Origin: Geosiphon pyriformis uo1
Taxonomy: Eukaryota > Fungi > Glomeromycota
Reading direction: 5' to 3'
Length of the DNA stretch: 64,000 nt
Assembly (NCBI GenBank): GCA_016748015.1
Contig: JAAOMT010000282.1
Coordinates: forward strand, 228,369 to 292,368
Position 1 is the first letter of the stretch. Each line of letters starts with the position of its first letter. The notes beneath the pieces were generated by a model, which did not search any database, was not told the DNA's origin, and was given only the letters and a program-made list of their open reading frames with translations. Made by a program: the position numbers and the translations under genes. Below are positions 25,656 to 37,654 of the stretch, in pieces.

Positions 25656-28301
25656 CTGAAACTAAATACAAGAATTGTTTATCTGTAATAGCCTTCCTAA
25701 GCACAATGTTAATAAAGAAATGAACATTAGCATAAGCTTTTGTGACACTTAGTTTGGACAACCCTTCAGTAGACAAAAAGATATCCAGATAGTAATGTGC
25801 CTTGCTTTTCTTAGCAATTAAAATAGGCTGACCACAAATACTCAATGAAGCAACTTTAACACCCTGATTAATAGAAATAGCCACTGTCTTTTCACTGTTG
25901 ATAAAAATATTATTGATCTCAAAAAACTCACTGGCAATGTTCAATGCATACTGAGTGGAGGCTTGACAATTCCCAACCCAGATTATATTATCAACAAATG
26001 CACTAGCTGAAAAATAAGAAGTGAAATCTCCACCACTTTTAATCCTTCCAGTCTTCAAAACAAACTTAGTATCAATTTGATATCTACACAATTGTTTGTG
26101 CCTTTTGACTTTATACAAAAAAAGATCTTAAAAAATTCTTCACAAAAGGGACAAAAAGATCTCACCCTGATCCAGTCCATCATGTATCCTATAACCACCA
26201 GACAAATCAAAGTCAGTTATCACCCTATTAACTCTGTCCTTGTGAATACTGCCAAAAAACCTAATGAATCTATTACACATCTTGATATGCTGCAAACTAG
26301 TTCTCAAATGATATCACTCTACCAAATTGTAGGCTTTCTGTATATCCTGCAAAACCAACCACACTTTTCTATTCTTTTCAAGAGCATCTTCAATCACTGA
26401 CCTGACAGCAAACACTAGAGATTGTATGAACATACCCTTCAACACTGAAAAATTGTCATCTTGAAGCACATTAAACTTGCTACAAGCTACTGAAATATAA
26501 TCAGCCAGAATTTTTGAAAGAATTTTTCTGGTGGTTTCAATCAAAGCAATGGGCTGAGTGTTAGTAAGAACCCCATTCCAGTTATAAAGCTTAAGAATCA
26601 TTAAAACTCACATTCTTTTTCATAAAGCAGGCACCAAGCCAACAGCCAAACACACATTCAACAGCTTCAACAGGCACCTCAAAGCCACCTCACCACTATG
26701 TTTTCATAGCTTATTCGGAATACCAGACAAACCAGTAGTCTTGTCATCAAGCAGACTAACAACAACCAAAAGCAACTTGTCCATGCTGACAGCATATATA
26801 ACACCAGAAAAAGCATTATCCCAAACATAGTCCAAAGATGTATACTGATGGGCTCAAAGATTAAAAAGCACCAAAAGCACTGAGTGCTTCCTTGTCCATT
26901 CCTTTATGATCTTGTTCACACCCAACTTTACCTTCTCAGGTTCTAAAACCAGCTTATTGTCAACCACTAAGTGATTCAACACCACTTTGTGAAAGGGCTT
27001 GTCCAACACACTTCTGATTATACTACCTTTATTTGAACAGAATTTTTCCATGTGTCTCTCAACTGTCTTCCTAATAGAAGCTTCTTTAGCCAATCTCAAC
27101 TCAAACATCTTTGACCTCCTGTAGTCTTTGCGGACCAATGACAAATGTTTAATAATAACTTCAGACTTCACACCTGAACAGACCAAGTCATTAAAAGCAT
27201 GAGCCTTGGCATCATCCAAAGTTGACTACTTACTTACTAGACAATTGACCACAGACAAATCACCAAAGCAGTATGCTTTGACAATCTTGGCCACTAACAA
27301 TTCCAAACCACAAAACTTAAAAGAATGTTTGTTTCTCGAACACCTAAATTTGCTAAACCAATGTCTTGAAAATGTCACATCAGCAGACTCCACCACAGCT
27401 TTCTCCAAAACCACCCACATAGTATTCATATTCTCATGTGATTTAGCACCAGAGAACAACTCACCCAACAACACAAGCTTGGCTGATAAGAAATCCCTAA
27501 ACTTGGCTCATTGAGCACAGTTAGCATCCTTAATTTTGAACTTCCAATAATCCCTGTTTGCCTGCTTATGCAAGCTATTCAAATGAACATTCAAGAGTCC
27601 ACCTAAGCTAACCAACACCACTACTATTCTGTGGTTAGTGTCAAAAAAATTTAAGATTAAGGCAACTTGATGACCAGTGACAGCAAAAGATAAGTTCCCA
27701 CTAACAAAAATGTAATCAATTGCTTTTCAACCCCTCTTGAGTTGCTTCACATAGGAGAACCAACCAAACAATAACCAACAAATAAATTAATCAAACCCAA
27801 ATTCAAACAGAATTTGAAACTCACACTTCTACCAGATTCATTTTCATTAAAGTTCCCACCCAAAACAACAAAAGTGCTAGAGTTGACAGCTTTTGCAATG
27901 AGAGAGTTAACTTCAGAAGCCTGACCAAACCTGACCCCAGAAGAGGCACCTACATACAACTCCAGAAAAGTGACTGAAAGCTTGTCCTTAAACAAGAGTC
28001 GAACAGAAATAACCTGACTAGAAACTTCCTCCACCCTAGAAACATGACAAGTCAAAGAACTGTCTATAATAATAGCCACCCCAACACCAAGAAACCCCTT
28101 ATTCAAATCCGATGTAAAAACATAGACACCATCAAACCTATCAGCAATTCAAGGTTTAATGCTAGAACACGACTTGGTTTCTGTAATAAAAGACACCATA
28201 TTGCTTAACTCTTTATGTCAATAGACAACATCCCCTTGTTTAGCAGAAACAGTTAGACTACAAACATTACATATAGCAAATTTCCAAACCAGACTGCTCA
28301 T
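25656..28301 (-). pseudogene. LINE1 ORF2 (AP endonuclease + reverse transcriptase), cut by B
   Basis: Starts MSSLVWKFAICNV; fragments 27747-28106, 26854-27219, 26314-26601 and 25603-26118 are homologous to LINE2. Confidence 0.88.
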
Positions 28302-30232
28302 TGTGAAAAGGAAAGAAGCAAAGAACCTGCACCAGAACACAAAAGATCTAATCTTGCCAAAACTGTATCAACAAAAGCTTCCAAAGCCAACAATTTAGAT
28401 TCTAAACCACTCATTTTGGTAGTTAAAACTTTAAAAACACTAGAACCAATACCAGCATCTAACACATCAACATTTAAAGGAAAGGGAGCAGAAGATGCCA
28501 ACATGTGATCTAAAAGCATATTTGAGTTTGAGACTGCAATCTCAGGCACAAAGAAAGCTGATAGAAATCACAAGAGAGAGGTGCCAATAGCACCAATTCA
28601 CCACCATTCAATCTTTTTAAAATATCCAAAACCTGATCAGCCAAAAGCTCCAAAAAGCATTTCAAAGCTGCCAAATAATCATTCAAACCAAAGACATCAG
28701 AAGGAGAGGACACCAATAACAATAATTTCTCACTAGAAGACACACTAACATTAGAAGAAACCAAAAAAACCACACAAAAAAAAGATCCACCAGCAACTTG
28801 AGCCCAAGTCTTGCCACCAAAAGAACTTGGACAAGTAATAGAAGCCTGCTTTTTCTTATATATGTTGGCCAATTGCATTTGATTCTGAGAAGTAACCACT
28901 TGTTTTCCACGTCTACCAGATTTTTTATACATTGAACAGTTGACAGCAATATAACTGAGTTGTTTGCACTGAGTACAACAGATCAAGCCAAAACCAGCCC
29001 AACACAAGCCTACACCCTTGAAGACAAGAACCAAACCAACAGCAGTCAATTTGGCCACCTTATTCTCAAAACAGATTACAGTAAACATATAAACTGGGAT
29101 TGCGGCCAATAAAACAAGTCTTCTCACCATACAATTCCAACAGATCCGACAAATCATGAGCAGTTATACCAACTGGAAGAGTATAGAGTAGAGCCTAGAA
29201 CTGATCTCTTGATACCCATGATTCTTTGTCATTAACAGCAAGTACCACATACACAGAATCTTTTTTCACAAGAACAGACCACTTAGAAGCAACCAGACAT
29301 ACAACCTCAGCCGAATTGAACCCAATAGTAGCCTTTTGCCACAAACCAATTAACTGCATTCTGATAAAATTAATTTTACCAAATTTGAAAAACACCACCT
29401 CTAATGCTGATTTGGGAAGATTAACTGGAATCTTTTTAATGATCATCTTTCAATCCATATAGCTGTTTACTTTTTTGAGATCACTGTTGATAATAATTTT
29501 CTTACTAATCACCATCAATTTGGCCTTATTCAAACTAGATTCACTTGTAAAAGTAGATCGAATGACACCAGGAAATTTTGAGGGAGTTAATGCACCTCCA
29601 AAACTATCAATTCTATAGAAGATTTTTTTTACAAAAAGCAACTTATCACCATTTGTCTTTCTAGGCACAGCTGATAATTCAATATCAAGTGCAAAAGACT
29701 TTGCCAAATTAAAACTTCACTTCTTTGGGGCATGTGACTTGAGTGGCAGCAACTGATTGGATCCATTAAATGTGTGAAAAGAGAGCTTCAGCACACTATT
29801 ATTGTTACTTAAAATATTGAAAAAGGACTGCTTCATAGGATTGTCTAGAGCAAATGTATGGGTGCAAGTTTTCCTCAGCATAGTATCATCTACGTTATCA
29901 TCTTCACCAGATTCTGCATAGCTTGTCTCTTTGGCAATCATGTTCATTATATTCTCTTTACCTAAAAAACCACTTATACTGTTTACAATACTACTGACAT
30001 TGCTACCCCAGGACATTACAGGTTTGACACCAGCACCATCCAAATCTCTAAAGCTGAGAGGACCAGCAAACATATTAACCACATCACCAACAGCAGCAGG
30101 CTTCTTAGACTTCTTATAGGATGCACCATGTAAGTGTGCACCCACCAAACACTTAGGTTTAACATTAGAATAGGTCCCCAAACCCACTGAACCAGAACTT
30201 GAACCACCAGCAAAAGAGTCTACCAGTTCCAT
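28298..30232 (-). pseudogene. LINE1 ORF1 (gag-like, degenerate CCHC knuckle CTQCKQLSYIAVNC, C-terminal coiled coil)
   Basis: Collinear ORF fragments 29717-30370, 29450-29707, 29195-29446, 28510-29157 and 28298-28549. Confidence 0.75.
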
Positions 30233-30369
30233 TACAACAAAAAAGGCTGTATTGAGAGAAATAACTAAAGACAAAAAGGGGAAAAAGAAATAAAGAAAAG
30301 CTATTCTATCAAAAAGTTTTTTTTCTTTACTCTTGTTGTGGTTAGGAGATTGACAAGAAAACTTTTTCA

Positions 30370-30900
30370 TAATTATAAATAAATTATTAAATAAAATAAA
30401 TAAATAATAAATTTTTGGTATTTCTTAAAAAATATTTATAATGCCAAAAAAATAAAATTTTAGTGTTAAAAATTAAATCAAAACTAAAAAACAAAAAATT
30501 GTAATATTTAAATAATTTTAATAAAAAATTTTATAAAAAATATCTTTATTTATTTATTTTTAAATTTGAATTACAAAATTTTTTATAAATATTTTTGATA
30601 AATTCAAGTAATCTAAATATTATTTAATAATAATATAAATAATTTTAAAATAAAATTATACATTAAAAATGTTAAATTTAATTTCTGGAATAAAATACAT
30701 AATTTGCATTTGTAACAAAATAAATATTTTAAAAATTATATATAAAATAAATAATTATTCTTAATTTAAGTATAAAAATCTGATAAACAAAAACAAAGTA
30801 TTTATTTTGATTGTTTAAAAACTCCTTAAAATTATAATATTTTTATTTTTATAATTAAAAATTTAATTCTTAAATTTTATATTAAAAATAACAATTTTAC
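30370..30900. other. Extremely AT-rich low-complexity spacer
   Basis: Very few G/C and no ORFs. Confidence 0.7.
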
Positions 30901-31029
30901 TTTTTTTAGCCTTGATGCTTAATAAATATGTACATGATTTTAGTTACACATAATGAACAAAGTAATTGGTCAATTAGCATAAAATGTTTTACAGCTGAAA
31001 TAGATTTTTATATATTATTTTTCCAAGCT

Positions 31030-34012
31030 ATGAGCAACAAAAAAAAATCACTGAAAGCAAAGCAAATACTTCTTCAACTGATTTGACTATAGAAATTAAA
31101 AGAAAAAAAACAAAAAACTCTATAATCCCCAACATTAGTACATCAAATGTGTCTAACTCAAGCATAAATGTTCTGAGAACAAAACTAACTCAAGGTAAAG
31201 TAAATTTAGTATGAGTATTATTTTTTGAAGAATTATTCATTGTTATCTACGAAAAAAATAGAGTTCAAGGACTTTGACATTGATGGTAAATTTGTTCAAT
31301 ATGATGTGGGCAAAGAGGAAGTTGAAGAAATTAAAAAGTGGGCTCTGCAACAAATTATTGAGTTTCTTGAGAAAAAGAGCGAAGAGTTATTTCTTATAAA
31401 AGAAGATCTCGATATAATCAAAACTAACAGGATATCTGGTCAAGACTTTCTGTTGTTAACTGAAGAAAAACTTTTACAAGATGGCATAAAAAGAAGACCA
31501 GCAATGAGAATTGCTTTTTTGGTTGAAAAACTTAAAGGTAAAGAACAAGGTAATTAGTGAGCAAATATTACAACCATCTGTTAATTCATGATCAAAAATT
31601 AGTAAATATGATCATATTGTGAGAATAGTTGGAATGCATTACAACATGTACATTAAAAAGAGTATAGAATAAAGCATTATTGGTTATACATAAACTTATT
31701 ACAAAGATAAACTTAGAATAGAGCATAGTAAAATTGGCTTGGATTTATCTATTTTGTTTTTTATTTTAACACTGGTTTTACAGAAGCATCCCATTAGTAA
31801 AGTGAAGTCAAAAAACAGAGATTTAACCGAAGTTATGCTGTATTGAAAAATGCATTTAAGAATACTCTAATAAAGCCTCGAGAGAACTACATTAATGTAT
31901 TTTTTTGTTATTTACAACATTATGCTAGTATATAGACACTGCAACAGTTCTATGCTCTGTACACATCACTCATACAAGCCAGCAATATTGGCAAATCAAA
32001 ACTATTAAGAGAATTAGCATTTGAAAAAGACATTTTTGTGGTATATATTTGTTTACATAATTCAGAATTAAGGGACTACCCAAAACATTCTATTATTGCT
32101 GATGTACTCACTGAAAAAGCTTTCCAGAAGCTCATTATCTTACTTTTTTGTCGGCTTTGTTTGGCATATGTTCAGAATTCTTTGATCAACAACTTTATAA
32201 AAATGCAGAAAATATATGTGGTCATGTGTTCAACATTTTTATTAGTAACAAAGATGATGTAATGTTTGAGTTGCAAAACACATTTTGGAATAATGTGTCA
32301 GAACAAATGAAATTGCAACAGACCTTAAACAAGCCAGTATCTATTGTTATAGAAGAGTTAAAAAGCTGTTACAAAGATCTCATAATTACTTTAAAAAACC
32401 TGTACAACCTCTCTTTATTTAAAGTGCTGTTAGCCTTCAACAAGGCCGGTATATTGATTAACAGAAAGAATAACAAAGATAATTTTTATAACTTATAGAA
32501 GACATTACAGGCTATTCCACATGAGAGCAATGCCTGTTTTATGGCACTTTTCACAGATACACTTTTAAAAATCTCGGATTTTTCTCTAGCCAAATGCCAT
32601 GATCCATCTGCCAGAGTTGATTATGGAGAGAGATTATACAAACCATTTTATCTTCTTGACATATTTGATTGCCATATGCAATAACCAGCAAATATTACAG
32701 TTTTATTATCAATAGTTCAAATTCGCAATATGGGATGACCTTTTTGGACAGATGTTGATAAAAGAGCTATTATACAATATGCCATGAAGAAAATTTTCTA
32801 TAACAGAGAGAAAGCCAGAAACATATATAAAGTGGAGCATAAAATGGTTATCAAAAAAGTAACAGAAGCACTAGCAATTCTTGAACCATGGCTCTATTTA
32901 GAAATCTCAAACCTTTTACAGCAAGCGTCCGAGTTAATTAGTAGCTGTATAAGAATCTTGCACCATGTTGATGAGTCATGGGAATTCCTTGCTATAACAT
33001 CTCCTAATAAACCTATGTTGGCCAAGGCTGCAAGCCATATAATGAACTGTTATAGAATTTTCGTGCAAGTTTTGGACCACTTAGTTAGCTCAATTAAGAA
33101 TCATGTTGTTGTCAACACAAATAATCAGAGTGAACTTGTCAGCAGGATCCTGTGTCTTCTGGCAATTGACAAAGTAATTCAGTCGAAATCCAAACAATCA
33201 GAATCTAAACTCTGAAACATGTACTCACAATCCATTACCATACAGGAATTTTTTGACACACTTGTTGGTTCAAAATTATGCAAAAAGCTTAGTCTGATTT
33301 TTGCTAAAAAAGCCAATAGTGTGATGCTTCACAATAGCAAGGTCAGGTTTAATCATTTCATATATATTGAGTTCATTTCTACTAGGCTGAATCTTATCAA
33401 CTTTTTTTTTTATAGAGCAGCTGTGTTTTGTAAGTGAAATCAAAAAAAAATGGATATTATCATTTCAGTTGCGATGGTTTAAGATGATGAAACTTCAATT
33501 ACAGAAAAAAATATGACATTCGTCAGTATCCAAGCCAGGAATTGTGAAGCTGATGGTCCAACTGGTGACAAAGATCAACAAGAAGGGAGCACACAATTAT
33601 TCAAATAACAGAAGATGGATAATATATTCAAACAAACAGCTTGCTATATTGGTATTGATAACTGCAAACTCTTCTCTCTACCTTATATTGGAATTTACAT
33701 AAGTCTTGGAGTAACATTTGAAGGTATTGAATACAATAACACTTTAGACATTGGAGTGACAACACAAACAAATTTCAAGGATAGAATGAGACATTTGAGC
33801 ATTTATGGACTCTCAAAAAACATGTATGCATGTTTCAATAATGCAGACAATGACATAATAAAATCACTGTTGTACAAGTTGTTGATATTTTATGTTGACT
33901 CTGTTGAAAAAAAAAATGGTATGCTGTAGGGCAAACATAAAACAAGTAATAAATGAGTTCAACTGTGTAAGAAGATTGTGAAGAATATGGAGCCTTTATA
34001 GTATAATCACGG
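31030..34012 (+). pseudogene. Multi-exon Crinkler-like pseudogene: SAM-like domain + P-loop NTPase + PD-(D/E)xK-like nuclease
   Basis: Putative GT-AG introns about 31195-31261 and 31550-31783; SAM-like KKWALQQIIEFL...ISGQDFLLLTEEKL..GIKRRPAMRI; degenerate Walker A YTSLIQASNIGKSKLL; NQKKMDIII...FVSIQARN; several internal stops. Confidence 0.7.
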
Positions 34013-34249
34013 TATGTTAGTGTATCATTGTCTTTTTTTGTTACATCTACTAATCCCCTATTATGCTAAAAAAGTAGAAAAAAAAATGCAAAAGAGCATA
34101 GACAGTGCAATAAAAATAGAACAATAGTCATTATTGTTCTAATCTATAGTAATTTCTCACTAGCAGAAAACTATCATTGAATTGTGCAATAATAATAAAA
34201 TCAATAAAATTTGCCAAATATGGTGTGAAAATTTTACAAAATGATAAAA

Positions 34250-35450
34250 ATTTATATATAAGATTAACTGTATATAAAAGATTATAATGATAATGGTTCA
34301 ACCAAATATGAAAAAGCAATACATTTTCTGGAGATAGATTGTAAATATGGTTGTTCAAAAATGATTTCAAGAGAAGTTTACTGAATTACATAAGGTGTTT
34401 TATGCTCTTTCTAGATCTGAATAAAACATATTTTTAATGGCCCAACTAAAAGCAATAAATGGTGAAAAAATAACTGCCAGCCAACATCTTAAAAAAAAAT
34501 GCATATTAATAAAAGAACTTTTTACTACTAAGATTGCAATACGTTTTTTTGTCAAAAAATGTATCTTAACATATTAGAAATTGGTTGCACTTACTTCAAA
34601 AACATTAAAAATTACTTAGCAACATATGGTATAATACCATGCATTTATGGGTACATAAAACAAATAATGCAATGAAAAACCAAAATAACAATTGATATAA
34701 CTATTGCTACTGCTGTGAAAAATTTTCTTGAGAATTATGCTGAAATACATGGATTACCAAGTTCTGGTAGAAATATTAACCAAATTATTCAATCGCTTAC
34801 ACTTTTGTCAGCTAAAACTAGTTATAAATCAGTTTATCATGATTTTATTGCAGATTTCAAAAATGATAAAACATTGAAATTGTTAAAATATGATACGTTT
34901 TGCAAGTTATGACATTAATTAATGCCTTATATTCAAATCATGAATCTACAAATGGATTTATGTGACACATGCCAACATTTTTAGAATGGCTTACAGTATA
35001 ATGCTTATAAGAAAGAAGAAGTGAAAGATTTACTTAATTAAGGCTAAATTAGAGAGAAACTATTACAACAAAAATATGAAATTAGCAGAACAACAAAGAA
35101 AATTAGTAGATAAAAATTATCTTGTGACAGAAGTTAAAGCTGATTATTGTAACATTGATACTACTGCTCATTACAGTTATGATTAAGCACAAAATGTTCA
35201 TATTTTATATTCTGATCAACAAGTAAGATTTATTATTTCAGTCTGTGTAAAGTGCATTTATTTGGTATATAAAATAAAGCAGTACACGAACAAATTAATT
35301 ACATTCTCGATAAAGACAAAATAATAGACAAAGATCTTAATGATATACTAAACCTGGTTTTTGATAGAATAAAGAAATTAAATAAAGGTAAAAAACATTT
35401 GAAGATTACTTGTGATAATATGAGTGGTCAAAATAAAAATAATGCTATAG
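34250..35450 (+). pseudogene. DNA transposase relic, Sola-like, 3'-truncated
   Basis: CKYGC..., NYAEIHGLPSSGR, DLCDTC, HYSYD*AQNVHI, KVHLFGI, ITCDNMSGQNKNN; no TIR identified. Confidence 0.65.
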
Positions 35451-35899
35451 TGCAAACCATTTATAATTATCAAAAATATAGATCAGTCCAAAATTTTAAA
35501 TAATAATTTTTATGTGTTTTTATTTATATAATTAAATTTTATTGGTTAATATATATGTGTTTTTAATATATTATTTATAAAAAAAAAATTTTATTAAATT
35601 TTATATAATATTAAACCAAATACAGTATTAAAAAGTTTGAATATTATCTGGAATTTTTTTATAAGATTTTTACTTTTTTATAGCATATTTTACTAATTTT
35701 TTATCAAGATTCATATAACATCAATATTTTCTTGAAAATTATTTAATAGTTATTAAAAATACTGATTTAAGATTTTCAAGCACTGTTCTTTGTAATCTTT
35801 TCCATAAATAATCACATTTGTTACATATATATTTTTAGCAGTTTTCTAATATTTTTCAATAAAATTTAATTCACAATAAAATTTTGGAAAAAAATGCAC

Positions 35900-36877
35900 T
35901 GTTACTGAAGATTTTTGGTCTTTTTTTTTGAATGTTGTTAATGCTTAATTGCTGTAAATTTATGTTTTTTGAAAGTAGTTGAACCTTCAATAACTGAATT
36001 TACTTTTCAAATTATCTCCTATAATTTGAACTGCTGAACTTATAAGTAAAATAGCCAATTATGTCCTAATTACTTTATGTAATTATGTTGTAGTAAATAT
36101 CAACTTTTTTTCAGGAATTGCTTATCTGAAAGCTCATTAAAATTGTGTAGTTACTTTGTAGTAAAAGTTAATTTTTCTACAGAAATCTTGTCTGTAAACT
36201 ACCCTAATGATTATAATAAAAAAAATAAAAGAAAATAAAAAAATGTAAAAAAATTGAAATTTTGTAAAGGGAATTATTTTCTGGTTCAGATCTGGAGTTA
36301 CTAACAGTTTACTGAAATTAGTAGCTAATTAATTTCAAAACATTAATAAAGTTTTCAGAAAATTTCAAGTACAATTTTTAATTAAGAAATTTGGTTTTCA
36401 AGTATTTGATTTTTTTTTTTTTTTTTTTTGAAGTAAAAAAAATATCTATGATAAGATAATTCTAATAAAAAATACATTTTTTTGAAGAGAAAAGCTCTTC
36501 TTTTATACAACTTGTTGTAATATTAATTTATAAACTTGACCTTTTTTTTTTGCTATGATTTCAATAAACTAAAGATATATTTTGGTAAACTACAAGTTAT
36601 TTCAGTAAACTATTTGTAATTTGAGTAAACTATTTATAATTTTGATAAATTTCTACAAATTTCAGTAAATTTTTGAATGTTATATAGTTCAGAGTATTGT
36701 ATAATTTAATTATTTTAATTTCTATTGTATAAATTAAATTATTAATTAAATAGTAATATTTGATAATTTGATAAAATAATAAGTTAAAATTTAAAATAAT
36801 ATTAATATATGCTAATTAATAATACGAATTATAAGAGTAATTTTATGCTAATTAATGACTAAATTCTACTGATAACA
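35900..36877 (-). repeat. 3' LTR of D (978 bp, U3 type III)
   Basis: Minus-strand TGTTATCAGTAG...TTCAGTAACA; collinear with the E LTRs. Confidence 0.85.
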
Positions 36878-37565
36878 TAATTTTTTTCTTAAGACTGAGT
36901 TCTATCAAAGTTTAAGCACTATTTGTGATTTCAAAATAGAGATCCAAAATTATTGAAGTAATTTGGTTTGAAAATTGTTAGAATTTCAGTTTTGTGAGTT
37001 TGCCAATATATTGAATCTTTATTGGTTGAAGTATTAGATTTTGTAGAACATTCTCACAAATATTAAATAGATTGTAGAGTCTATAAGCTGCTCTAAGTTT
37101 GTAATAAGTGTTTGTTGGTCTAGCTGCTGTTTTAAATTTGTTGTGAATTTGTTTTTGTATAGCTTTTAGAGTGAGATTTGTTGTTGCAAATTCTAGTTTT
37201 TGTTCATAAAGTGTTTTTTTAATATAAAAATATCTAAATATAGAGATATATTTATAACTTTGTTCATTAAGAAACAGTTGAAGCTTTTGTTAAGTTGTGA
37301 TATTTGGTACAATGTCAATAGGGGCAAATAAAAAATTTTCTTTTAAGGCTTGTTTTAAGAGTTTTGGCAATTGAATTCCAAAAAAACTTCTTGTATTTTT
37401 TCTATAAGAATGATAATTTTGCAAATTGTTTATTACAATGACTATAGTTTTTTTTTGAATATAATTAATTTGACTTCTATTAATCGTTATAGATAAGTTA
37501 GGAAGTATTTTTAAAGCTAACATTAATTTGTAAAATATTTGTTAAATGTTTTAGAGAATAAACAT
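36860..37565 (-). pseudogene. ORF3 of D
   Basis: Aligns with E ORF3 along its length, including KLRAAYRLYNLFNICENVLQ. Confidence 0.8.
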
Positions 37566-37654
37566 TATAATAAAAATAAATTTTTGGAAATAAAAAGAAT
37601 AATTAAAAAATATTTTTGGGTTTGGTTATTTTCTGATAGTTATTTCACTATTTT

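Larger units (their letters stand above)
25656..30340 (-). mobile_element. LINE1: non-LTR retrotransposon, 5' part (ORF1 plus APE-RT); its 3' part lies beyond the B insertion
   Basis: APE motifs (WKFAICNV, ITET, GVGVAII, LGGNFN, IDYIF, DTNH) and RT motifs (QPIALIETTRKILSK, QDIQKAY, AFVDNIIW); 5' limit approximate. Confidence 0.9.
35900..37650 (-). mobile_element. Gypsy remnant D (E family): ORF3 + PPT + 3' LTR only
   Basis: Homologous to E about 50940-52600; ORF 37290-37523 matches E ORF3 (TINRSQINYIQK). Confidence 0.85.

Noticed and set aside
35450-35899. MITE bounded by gtgca...tgcac
   Set aside because: A 5-bp inverted match is not significant and no TSD is evident
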